DNA of 64,000 bases, from contig JBBIML010000010.1 in assembly GCA_037444405.1 (NCBI GenBank), forward strand, positions 64,001 through 128,000, given 5' to 3'. Positions 31,929-40,525 of the stretch are shown here, in pieces. Position numbers and translations under genes: made by a program. How positions within the stretch are numbered: position 1 is the first letter of the stretch; the number at the start of each line of letters is the position of its first letter. The notes under the pieces were generated by a model, which saw only the letters and a program-made list of their open reading frames with translations, was not told the origin of the DNA and made no database searches. This stretch comes from Armatimonadota bacterium. GTDB taxonomy: Bacteria; Armatimonadota; Fimbriimonadia; Fimbriimonadales; GBS-DC.

Positions 31929-33242
31929 CTACCGCCAGCGGCGGTATTCGGCGGCGACACGCTGTTGCACATCGCGCAGCGCCTGTTCGGGCGTCTTGTT
32001 GCCGCTGATGATGAAGTCCTGCGCGGTTGCAAGTTCGTGCAGGTAGAGCGTGGCGACGGGCGTGGTGGGGAAGAAGCGGGCGTTGGGGCTGTCCACCAGG
32101 TCCAGAAACTTCGCGTAGCCGCGCTTCCAGATTTCATCGGGCGAGCGGGGCGTGCGCAGGCGTGGATTGCGCAGCACACGCCGAATGTTGGGGATGCCGT
32201 GCATCGTCTCGGCGAACAGCACCTGCGCCTCCTCGCTCTGCATCCAGACAAAAAAGTGCCACGCCTCGCGCGGATGCTTCGATTCACGCGGGATGCAGAA
32301 CATGTTCTGCCCAATCCAGGTGGGGCGCTGCAGGTGCGGCTTACCAGCGGGATAGGGGATGGGCGCCACATCGTAGGGCACATGGGGCGCGTACTTCTGG
32401 AACCAGTAGGGGTTCCACTGCCCGTTGATCATCATGGCGATTTTGCCGAGAAAGAAGGGGTTGTTTGTGCCCTGTTCGTTGCCGAAGCCGGCGGTGAACG
32501 CCTGCACGCGCCGCCCACCGCCCATCGCCTCAATCAGCGCCCGATAGTAGCGCGCCGCCTCCAGATTCACGGGATGGTCGGCAGTAATAGCGCCCGTTTG
32601 CGGGTCCACAAACTGCCCACCGAACGCGCCGATAATGAAGGTGAGTTCAGGCGGGCGCATGCCCAGCACGCGAATCTCGCCCGTCGAATCGCGCAGGGTC
32701 AGCTGGCGAGCATACATCAGCATCTCTTCTAAAGTGCGTGGCGGGCGATGGGGCGGCAAGCCCGCCCGGCGAAACAACGACGGGTTCCAGAAGAGCGCCT
32801 GCGCATCCAGCAGATAGGGCATCGAGTAGAGCCGACCCTGATAGCGTCCCTGCTCCAGCGCGGCGGGGATGAAGTCCGATTCGCGCAGCCCCGATTCGCG
32901 GAACCACTCATCTAAAGGCAGCAGCGCGTTATTGGCAGCGAGCGGCGCAAGATAGCCTGGCTCGCGCAGGGTGAAAAAGTCGGGCGGTGCGCCTGCCACA
33001 ATCGCGCGGATGATTTTGGTATCCTCGACGGCTCCCAGATTTTCAAGGTAGAGGGGTGGGTTCAGGCGCGGCGCCACATGGCGGTTGAAATAGTCCACCA
33101 CGCCCTGAAACACGCGCTCCTCGTCGCCGCTCCACATGCTCCACACTCGCAGGATGGTGCGCCCGTTGCGCTTCTCGATGCGCCCTGCGCACCCGCTCAG
33201 CACCATCGCCAGCCCAGCACCCGCCTGCCAGCCGATTCGCAT
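31929..33242 (-). CDS. sugar ABC transporter substrate-binding lipoprotein
   Basis: Lipobox LSGC; family-1 SBP motifs (G..PD, YQGRLYSMP, LFWN, GKIAMMINGQW). Confidence 0.85.
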   Translation of the reverse strand: MRIGWQAGAGLAMVLSGCAGRIEKRNGRTILRVWSMWSGDEERVFQGVVDYFNRHVAPRLNPPLYLENLGAVEDTKIIRAIVAGAPPDFFTLREPGYLAPLAANNALLPLDEWFRESGLRESDFIPAALEQGRYQGRLYSMPYLLDAQALFWNPSLFRRAGLPPHRPPRTLEEMLMYARQLTLRDSTGEIRVLGMRPPELTFIIGAFGGQFVDPQTGAITADHPVNLEAARYYRALIEAMGGGRRVQAFTAGFGNEQGTNNPFFLGKIAMMINGQWNPYWFQKYAPHVPYDVAPIPYPAGKPHLQRPTWIGQNMFCIPRESKHPREAWHFFVWMQSEEAQVLFAETMHGIPNIRRVLRNPRLRTPRSPDEIWKRGYAKFLDLVDSPNARFFPTTPVATLYLHELATAQDFIISGNKTPEQALRDVQQRVAAEYRRWR

Positions 33243-33245
33243 GAG

Positions 33246-34340
33246 CTACCCATTTACCATCGCTACCGATTCGCGGACCACAAGCTCCAGAGGCAGTCGT
33301 TCTTGGAACGGTTCGGGCGGTTGACCGCGGATGAGCTGGAGCATTTTGCGCACGGCGCAGATGCCCATCTCCTCCAGTGGCTGGCGGAAGGTGGTCAGCG
33401 GCGGCACGGTGAAGGCGGCAGAGGGCGGGTCATCAAAGCCCAGCACCGACAGCTGCTGCGGCACCGCCACGCCCGACCCATGCGCCGTCTGTAAAGCCGC
33501 CAGCGCCAGATAATAACCGCCTGCAAAAACGGCGGTGGGTCCGTTCGGCAGGCGGATCAGCGTGCTGAGTCCCTCGCGCACGGCGTCGTCGAAATCGTCA
33601 GCGTAGGGCGTGATGAAGGTCCAGATATGCTCTTTGGGGATGCCCGCCTCTTGCAGGGCGTCGCGAAAGCCGCGCCAGCGGTCGCGCGAGTTGAAAGTTT
33701 CCAGCGCGGCGAACAGTCCCACAAAGCGTCGATGCCCGTGCTTTAGCAGATAGCTCACACCTTCCCGCGCTGCGGCGTAGTTATCGGTGTCCACAAAAGG
33801 CAGCGCCCAGTTGTCCGCGCTGGCGCCCACAACCACCACTGGCACACCTCGCGCGTAGAGCTGCTCCAGCCACGCGATATGCTCGGCGGTGGGCGCAATG
33901 GCGAGGATGCCCACCAGCTCCGAGGAGCGCAGCTCGCGCTCCACCAGATCGAACTGATAATCGTGCCATATCGTGCGGATGCCCGACGCCGCCAGCTCGG
34001 TGTGGATGCTGCGGTGCAGCGCACCGAAATAGAAATCGGCGGTCTGGCGTGTCGCCGCGCCAATGCCCAGCACCAGCAGGGTGGTGGCGGCTTGCAGCAG
34101 GTGCGCGGGAAGTTCGCGAGCGACGATTGTGCCCACGCGCCGCTTGCGAATCAGCACGCCCTCACGCGCCAGCCACTGCAACGCCCGACTCACCGTCAGT
34201 GGGCTGACCTTGAGCTGGGCTGCCAGATCGCGCTCCGGCGGCAACACATCGCCCGGGCTCCAGCGCCCACATGCAATCTGGCGCTCCACCCACTGCTTCA
34301 CCTGCACATAACGCGGCAACTCCTCGTTCAGTTTCAGCAC
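33246..34340 (-). CDS. GntR-HTH / LacI-type sugar-binding transcriptional regulator
   Basis: PGDVLPPERDLA...VSPLTV.RAL; VDTDN, LSVLGFDD, PPLTT.RQP. Confidence 0.9.
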   Translation of the reverse strand: MLKLNEELPRYVQVKQWVERQIACGRWSPGDVLPPERDLAAQLKVSPLTVSRALQWLAREGVLIRKRRVGTIVARELPAHLLQAATTLLVLGIGAATRQTADFYFGALHRSIHTELAASGIRTIWHDYQFDLVERELRSSELVGILAIAPTAEHIAWLEQLYARGVPVVVVGASADNWALPFVDTDNYAAAREGVSYLLKHGHRRFVGLFAALETFNSRDRWRGFRDALQEAGIPKEHIWTFITPYADDFDDAVREGLSTLIRLPNGPTAVFAGGYYLALAALQTAHGSGVAVPQQLSVLGFDDPPSAAFTVPPLTTFRQPLEEMGICAVRKMLQLIRGQPPEPFQERLPLELVVRESVAMVNG

Positions 34341-34568
34341 CGCTGTCCTCTCCGTTATACCCGTGCGTGAAACAGGGTTATTATACTCGCTCCAGCGCTC
34401 TCCTCTTGGCAGAACCGATTCTGCCGCCCGATGGCGGGGAAATGCCCCCGAATCTTGAAAACGGCTGTCCGCTTTTTGACCCTTTTTGAGTCATTAAAGA
34501 GTGGACGACCTCTGCCACAGAGACGCTATAGAATGGGTTGTTCAGAAAACTATCAGGAGGTGTGCGCT

Positions 34569-35246
34569 ATGAGACGATACGCGGTTCTCGGAATCGCCCT
34601 GGTGGCGATTGTGGCAAACGCTCTGGCGTCAGGCTGGACGGTGCATGTGTCACGAAGTGAGGGTCAGCTGTTTCCAGGCGGTGGGGTCACGCAGGTGCCC
34701 TATACCGTCGACGGTCTGGGTCCCTTCACCGGTCCCAACACGGTGAACACCGGTGTGCTGCCTAAAGTGACCTTCTTGACCGCAGCCAGCTCCCCACCAA
34801 TGATTGTGGGCGATGGCACGACCTTCACCAACGGCACCTTCACCGCTGTTTACACCATCACCACCGACAAGACCCCGCTGACCGGGTTCAACTTCGTTGT
34901 CTTCGGCTTTGTGCAGGACTTCGGTCAGATTTTCTGGAGCAAGAAGGTCGTCGATCTGAACACAAGCGAAGTGCTGTTCCTGGGCACCTGGGTGTTCAGC
35001 GGGGATGGCTACCCCGGCGGCGCGGACGGAGCCTTCCAGAAAACGGGCTTCTTCCCGCTGTCCACGCCATCCAGCAACATCCTGGTGATCGAGACCTTCT
35101 TCCTGCACATCGATGGGGCGCAGGCGCCGGGTCCGTCCACCGTGACATTGGGGCTGGTCGAGCAGGACTGGGTGCCGGAGCCGGCGAGTTTGCTGGCGCT
35201 GGGCGTCGGTCTGGGCGGTCTGCTGTTGCGCCGCCGCATGAAATAG
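34569..35246 (+). CDS. PEP-CTERM sorting domain protein
   Basis: Signal peptide; C-terminal VPEPASLLALGVGLGGLLLRRR; AGGAGG RBS. Confidence 0.9.
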   Translation: MRRYAVLGIALVAIVANALASGWTVHVSRSEGQLFPGGGVTQVPYTVDGLGPFTGPNTVNTGVLPKVTFLTAASSPPMIVGDGTTFTNGTFTAVYTITTDKTPLTGFNFVVFGFVQDFGQIFWSKKVVDLNTSEVLFLGTWVFSGDGYPGGADGAFQKTGFFPLSTPSSNILVIETFFLHIDGAQAPGPSTVTLGLVEQDWVPEPASLLALGVGLGGLLLRRRMK

Positions 35247-35315
35247 TTCTCTCTATCTGAAACGGTGTGGTTTGACCATGCCTGTGGGCGACGCGGAAAG
35301 CGAATCAAACGCTGA

Positions 35316-35340
35316 TTGAGGGGCGCATCCTGCGCCCCTC
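35316..35340. repeat. GGGCGC-type REP-like hairpin / possible terminator
   Basis: GAGGGGCGCA-TCC-TGCGCCCCTC between convergent genes. Confidence 0.55.
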
Positions 35341-36915
35341 TCACCATGTTCGGGTCTCCTCAACGGTTGGCTCCCGCGCCCAGATCAGCACCACTGCGTA
35401 AAACGCCATCACCAGCCACCACGGCAGCGATTCGATGCGCAGCGCGGGCCCCCACTCCGCGCCGAAGAGCATCGCCACCGCCTTCAGCCACGCGCACACG
35501 GCTTGTAGCGGCAATACGCCGATGCCCCCTGAAGTCCAGAAGAATCCACCCAGCGCCAGCATCAGATAGGCGGCAGGGGCAGCGAGCAGATTCGCAACAG
35601 GCGACAGCAACGACAGATAGCCGAAGTGATAGAGCTGAATCAGCCCGATACCCACCTGCGCACAGAGCGTGAGGGCGAACGCGGGCACAATCAGCCGCTC
35701 GCCCGCAATGCGCGCCCAGCGTGCGCGAACAAACAGCATCCAGCCCTGCCTTAGCAACCGCTCTACCCGACGATAAAAGAGCAGAATGAACAGCACCGCC
35801 GTAAACGAGTATTGAAAGCCCACCTCGAACAGCGCGTAGGGCGCGTAGAGCAGCCAGAAAGCGGCTGCCCAGCCCAGCGCGTTCAAACCGTCTGGCTCGC
35901 GGCGCAGGATGGGCGCCAGCAGATAGAGGCTCGCCATCGTCGCCGCGCGCACAATCGGCGGTCTCAGCCCCGCTAACAGCGCGTAGCCCCAGGCCGCCCC
36001 AATCAGCAACCCACTCCGCCAGCGAAAAGACGCTCGCAGGGCTATCAGCACGACCAACAGCATCTGCAACAGCATCGCCACATGCAGCCCCGAAGTGGAG
36101 AGCAGATGCCCAATCCCACTGCGCATGAACGCTTCTCGCAGCGGACGCGGGAAATCGCTCGCCGCACCCACCAGCATGCCCTCCGCGATTGCCGCATCGT
36201 CCGCAGGGAGACGCGAACGGAGTAGATTGCGCAGGGCGTAACGCCGCTCTATAAACCACCGCTGCCAGCTTGTCCGACTGGAGCGCACCACCCGAAACTG
36301 TGAATCGCTGTAGACGGTGGCGATGTAGAAGATTCGCCGCCGCTGCAGATGGCGCACCCAGTCAAATGGGATATTGGGCGGGTTGCGCGGCGTCCGCCAG
36401 CTCACCCGCGCGATAAACTCGTCCCCAAAATCGGGCGGATGGGCGACCGCATGCCGGAAATAGAGCAGCGCGTAGCCCTTCTCTGAACCCTCCACAAACG
36501 CGCAGAGCAGCCTGCCACCTGTGCGCGTCGGCTCGTGGCTGGCAATCGCTCTCAATCGCACCTCCGCAGGCAATCGAGAAGGGTTCACGGGCGCGACACG
36601 GCTCCAGCCATCATAGCGCCATCCGCCCAGAACCGCAGCCACAACAAAAAGCGTCCAGTGCGGTCGGATAAGAATCAGCAGCACGGCTCCTGACAGGCAG
36701 GCGATTGGCGGGAAAGAAAGTGCATTATGGAGCCATTCACGATAGGCGATGCCCAGCGACAGTCCCAGCGCCACCTGCAAGCCGACACGCGCCCGCAATA
36801 CTGGCGCCAGTTGAAAGCGGGTGCCTATTCGCGACAGATGAAGCACAGTCGCGCCGATTCGGTGTGCCACTCGCCGCATCGCTCGCACCGACGCCAGCCC
36901 ATCATTAGGCGCCAC
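35341..36915 (-). CDS. comEC: ComEC/Rec2 competence protein (no C-terminal metallo-beta-lactamase domain); true start probably downstream of 36915
   Basis: GIGHLLSTSGLHV, PPIVRA, GFQYSF, YHFG.LSLLSPVANL. Confidence 0.85.
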   Translation of the reverse strand: MAPNDGLASVRAMRRVAHRIGATVLHLSRIGTRFQLAPVLRARVGLQVALGLSLGIAYREWLHNALSFPPIACLSGAVLLILIRPHWTLFVVAAVLGGWRYDGWSRVAPVNPSRLPAEVRLRAIASHEPTRTGGRLLCAFVEGSEKGYALLYFRHAVAHPPDFGDEFIARVSWRTPRNPPNIPFDWVRHLQRRRIFYIATVYSDSQFRVVRSSRTSWQRWFIERRYALRNLLRSRLPADDAAIAEGMLVGAASDFPRPLREAFMRSGIGHLLSTSGLHVAMLLQMLLVVLIALRASFRWRSGLLIGAAWGYALLAGLRPPIVRAATMASLYLLAPILRREPDGLNALGWAAAFWLLYAPYALFEVGFQYSFTAVLFILLFYRRVERLLRQGWMLFVRARWARIAGERLIVPAFALTLCAQVGIGLIQLYHFGYLSLLSPVANLLAAPAAYLMLALGGFFWTSGGIGVLPLQAVCAWLKAVAMLFGAEWGPALRIESLPWWLVMAFYAVVLIWAREPTVEETRTW

Positions 36916-37412
36916 TTCTCGGAGCGCAAGGATGCCGCGCGTGCCCGATAGATTGCCGCGCGCAGGGACGGCTCCTCTATCACGGCAACACTGCGCTCTA
37001 ACGCTGCCTGCTCTTCAGGGGTGAGCTCGATATGCTCTGGCAAAATCTCACTCATGGAACCCTCATCCCCCAGCCTCCCTCTCCCCGAGCCTGGGGAGAG
37101 AGGAGCAAAATCGGGCAGTGGATTGCGCACCACGAACCGAATCTCCCTGAAGGCATCGATACCACATTCGGCATTAAGCCGCTCCAGCAGGGTTTCTTTC
37201 TGGAACTGCAGTTCCTGTGCCCAGGCGCTGCTTTTGACCGCGACCCAGAGCGTGCCGCCCTCCATGCGCAGCGGTCGCGCCGCCTGCGCAACGGTTTCAC
37301 CCGCTATCTGCGACCATGACAGCAGTGCGCGGCGTACCCGAAACTCGCGCTCGATGCCCAGCTGCTGCAACACGCTCCAGAGCCATCTACCCACAGGCTC
37401 AAAGCCGCTCAC
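36825..37412 (-). CDS. dciA: DciA (DUF721) replicative helicase loader with C-terminal Zn-ribbon
   Basis: W..IAG, GTLWVAV.SSAWAQEL, CERC..C..C; downstream of recF. Confidence 0.85.
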   Translation of the reverse strand: MSGFEPVGRWLWSVLQQLGIEREFRVRRALLSWSQIAGETVAQAARPLRMEGGTLWVAVKSSAWAQELQFQKETLLERLNAECGIDAFREIRFVVRNPLPDFAPLSPGSGRGRLGDEGSMSEILPEHIELTPEEQAALERSVAVIEEPSLRAAIYRARAASLRSEKWRLMMGWRRCERCGEWHTESARLCFICRE

Positions 37413-38532
37413 GATAAACCCTCCCGTTCTCGATGCGGAACAGCGTCGCCTCTTTCAGCCCGATCTCGTCCAGTGCGCCCAGATCGGTGCAGGTGAGAAA
37501 GGTCTGCACACGCGGCTGAAGGAACTGCACCAGCCGCATGCGCCGCTCCGGGTCCAGATCCGAAAACACATCATCCAGCAGGACGACAGGGCTTTCTTCG
37601 AGACGACCCTCCAGCAGAGGCACTTCAGCAAGGCGCAAACTGAGCGCACAGGTGCGTTGCTGACCCTGCGAGGCGAACAGGCGCGCGTCATGCCCGTCGA
37701 TGAGCATCAGAAAATCGTCGCGATGGGGTCCCACCAGCGTCATCCCGCGCCGGATCTCCTCCGATTCAACCTCCTGAAGGGACGACTGAAGGGCATACGC
37801 CCAATCCTGCTCGCTGAAGCTTGACCAGTTGTCCTCACTGCGCGGCAAGCCGGGCTGATAGAGGAGCTGGAAGACCTCCTTGCCGCCTGTGAGCGTGGTG
37901 TGAACGGGCGTGATGAAAGTTTGCAGTTGCTCAAGGAATCGGCGGCGTTCATCCATCAGGCGCGCGCCGTATTTGATGAGCTGCTGGCTCCATTCGGGCA
38001 GGCTCTCCAGGGTGGCGTGCCCCTCCAGATGCATGCGCAGCAGCGTGTTGCGCTGTTCCAGACAGCGACGATATTGCACCAGTGAATAGAGATAGCGATG
38101 GCTGATGAGGCTCAGCTCGCTGTCTAAAAAGCGGCGTCGCTCCGCAGGCTCGCCCCGAATCAGCAGCAAATCCTGCGCGGTGAAACAGACCACCTTCAAT
38201 CGCCCGATCAGCTCGCTCTGACGCGATACGGGCTGCTCGTTCAGCAACACCGTGCGTTTGCCCGATAGGGGAGTGTGTATCACCAGCTCATCTTCGATCT
38301 CATGCCGCAAAAAGCGCACCGAAAGAAAGGCTTCCGATTCGCCCCAGCGTATCAGGTCGCTCTCGCGCACGGGGCGCAACGGGCGAAAGGTGCTGGCGTA
38401 GTAAAGGGCTTCCAGCAAATTGGTCTTGCCCTGCGCGTTGGCGCCCACCAGCACATTCAGCCCCGCACCTGGCTCAATCTGCGCCTGTTCATAGTTCCGA
38501 AAGTTTCTTATACGCAGCTGACGCACCCGCAT
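37399..38532 (-). CDS. recF: DNA replication/repair protein RecF
   Basis: NFRNY, GANAQGKTN, RRRFLD, GPHRDD, SQGQQR, LLDDVFSDLD. Confidence 0.97.
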   Translation of the reverse strand: MRVRQLRIRNFRNYEQAQIEPGAGLNVLVGANAQGKTNLLEALYYASTFRPLRPVRESDLIRWGESEAFLSVRFLRHEIEDELVIHTPLSGKRTVLLNEQPVSRQSELIGRLKVVCFTAQDLLLIRGEPAERRRFLDSELSLISHRYLYSLVQYRRCLEQRNTLLRMHLEGHATLESLPEWSQQLIKYGARLMDERRRFLEQLQTFITPVHTTLTGGKEVFQLLYQPGLPRSEDNWSSFSEQDWAYALQSSLQEVESEEIRRGMTLVGPHRDDFLMLIDGHDARLFASQGQQRTCALSLRLAEVPLLEGRLEESPVVLLDDVFSDLDPERRMRLVQFLQPRVQTFLTCTDLGALDEIGLKEATLFRIENGRVYRERL

Positions 38533-38587
38533 CTGTAGGTCCTGTGCTATGGTTCGACTTTTACAGGAGCCTTCCTGTCAGCAGGGG

Positions 38588-38901
38588 TTATCCACATCCT
38601 GCTTCGAGTTATCCACACGCAAGGTAGATTCTTCCCTATACATGCTTTAAGAGACTCTCATGTTAACCGGGCATTGTGGATATTGTGGATAACTCGAAGG
38701 CACTGACCGACTGTTCGAAAAATCAGCGGGCGGTTTTGAACTCAAAATCGCCCTCAGAATCGTCGAACAGAAGGTTATTTAGTGCAGCTAAAGAATGTGG
38801 ATAACTCTGTGGATAACCTGTGGATAACTTGTGGATAACTCTGGCGTTGAGAGGGCGATTCGGCACTTATCCACAGAGTTATCCACAGTGGTTGTGGATA
38901 A
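38588..38901. other. probable chromosomal replication origin (oriC), DnaA-box cluster
   Basis: Perfect TTATCCACA/TGTGGATAA at 38588, 38609, 38684, 38796, 38808, 38819, 38830, 38867, 38879, 38893, plus a 1-mismatch box at 38675; AT-richer intergenic DNA next to recF. Confidence 0.85.
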
Positions 38902-38961
38902 CTCCTCGCCTTACCCTTCCCACCTCCCGCGGGTACAATCCTTCTCTGGAGGTGGATTCCG

Positions 38962-40470
38962 ATGCGAGGGAGCCGATGGTTGTGTGGATTGGGTGGATTG
39001 CTGACAGGGATGGCGCTGCTGATGCTGCCAGCGAGGGCAGCCGACAACTCGCTTGTCTCCTCGACGCGCGAACAGGTCACGCTGACCATCTACGACCAGA
39101 ACTTCGCCCTTGTGAGTGAACAGCGTCCGCTAACGCTGAAGCAGGGGCTGAACGAGATAACGCTGCTGGAGGTTTCCCCACTGCTGGATACGCAGTCGCT
39201 GTTGTTGCAGTGGCTGGGTCGTCCGTCGCCAATGCCAGAAATCGTCGCGCACACCTACGATCTGGGCATTCAGAACAGCAATTTGCTGCTGCAGCGCTAT
39301 GTTGGCAAGCGCGTGCAGGTGGTTCGCTACGGTCAGGATGGTCGTCCAGCGGGTGTGCTGGAGGGCATATTGCTCAGCGCCGAGAACGGTCAGCTAGTGC
39401 TGGATGCGACGGAGACATCATTCGTTGCTGCTCTGGCGCCGGACTTACTCCAGCGCGCTCTCTATGTGAACCCTGAAGGCACGCTGCGCCTGCCGATGGA
39501 GCCGGGCACGCCGTTGCTGCCTGCCCTGCGCCTGCAGATTCATGCGCCTGCGGACAGCAGCGCCACGCTGACACTGAGCTACCTCACGGGCGGGCTAGAC
39601 TGGGACGCCGATTATATCGCCATCCTGCGCGGGGAGAATGCGCTGCGCCTGGAATGCTGGGCGACCGTCACGAACCAGACGGGGCTGGCGTTCCGCGAGG
39701 CGCGGGTGAACCTCGCCACAGGCGTGGCAGCGCCGCTAATGGTGCAGACAGCGCAAATTCGGTTGGGCTGGCGTGAAGAAGAGCGCATGATGGCGGGCTA
39801 TGCATTCGGGACAGCCAGAGGGCGGCATATAGAGGCGCAGCCGCTCGGCGAGGTCTACTCGTACCCGATTCGGCGCACGGTCTCCATCGACGACGCGCGT
39901 CAGAGCCGCCTGCTGTTGCACGAGGCGGGTCAGGTACCTGTCCAGAAGCGTTATCTCTATCGCGCGCCGACGCTGGGGGCGGGCGGTGCATCCTACATCG
40001 GCAAGGAGGTGCGTCGTAACAGCGCCGAAGTCTCGCTCGTGCTGGAAAACCGCAAGGAGCATGGGCTGGGCATCCCGCTGCCGAACGGAAGCGTGCGCCT
40101 GTATGAGACCGACGCGCAGGGCGTGCCGCGCTATCTCGGCACCGCTCAACTGCCTGCCACGCCCGTCAACCAGAAAATCACGCTCACCGTCGGGCAGGCG
40201 TTCGACATCACAGGCGAGTGGCAACCCCTACGCCAGACCGCGCGCGGCAGGGGCAGAGTGGAGTACGAGGTGCAACTCACACTCCGCAACGCCAAAAATC
40301 GCCCCGTGCAGGTGCGGGTCGTTCAGCCCTTCAACGGCGGCTGGACAATCCTGAAATCCAGCCATTCCTATACCCGCGCGTCGGCGACCGCTGCCCAGTG
40401 GGCGCTGACTGTGCCAGCGAACGGCGCATTACAACTGCGCTTCACAGCAGAAGTGCGCGCCCTGCAATAG
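38962..40470 (+). CDS. DUF4139 domain-containing secreted protein
   Basis: Signal peptide, VTLTIY..NFALV.E.R, LSYLTGGL.W.ADY, GLGIPLP.G.VR. Confidence 0.75.
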   Translation: MRGSRWLCGLGGLLTGMALLMLPARAADNSLVSSTREQVTLTIYDQNFALVSEQRPLTLKQGLNEITLLEVSPLLDTQSLLLQWLGRPSPMPEIVAHTYDLGIQNSNLLLQRYVGKRVQVVRYGQDGRPAGVLEGILLSAENGQLVLDATETSFVAALAPDLLQRALYVNPEGTLRLPMEPGTPLLPALRLQIHAPADSSATLTLSYLTGGLDWDADYIAILRGENALRLECWATVTNQTGLAFREARVNLATGVAAPLMVQTAQIRLGWREEERMMAGYAFGTARGRHIEAQPLGEVYSYPIRRTVSIDDARQSRLLLHEAGQVPVQKRYLYRAPTLGAGGASYIGKEVRRNSAEVSLVLENRKEHGLGIPLPNGSVRLYETDAQGVPRYLGTAQLPATPVNQKITLTVGQAFDITGEWQPLRQTARGRGRVEYEVQLTLRNAKNRPVQVRVVQPFNGGWTILKSSHSYTRASATAAQWALTVPANGALQLRFTAEVRALQ

Positions 40471-40525
40471 GCAGGAGTTTCGTGCCATGAATCGAACAAC
40501 CGTTCGATGCAGGAGGTGAGTACCA

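Noticed and set aside
34400..34430. Sigma-54 promoter for the PEP-CTERM gene
   Set aside because: TTGGCAG is present but the -12 TGC is not at the required spacing
38796..38838. Short tandem repeat or iteron array
   Set aside because: The units are canonical DnaA boxes and are explained by the origin call
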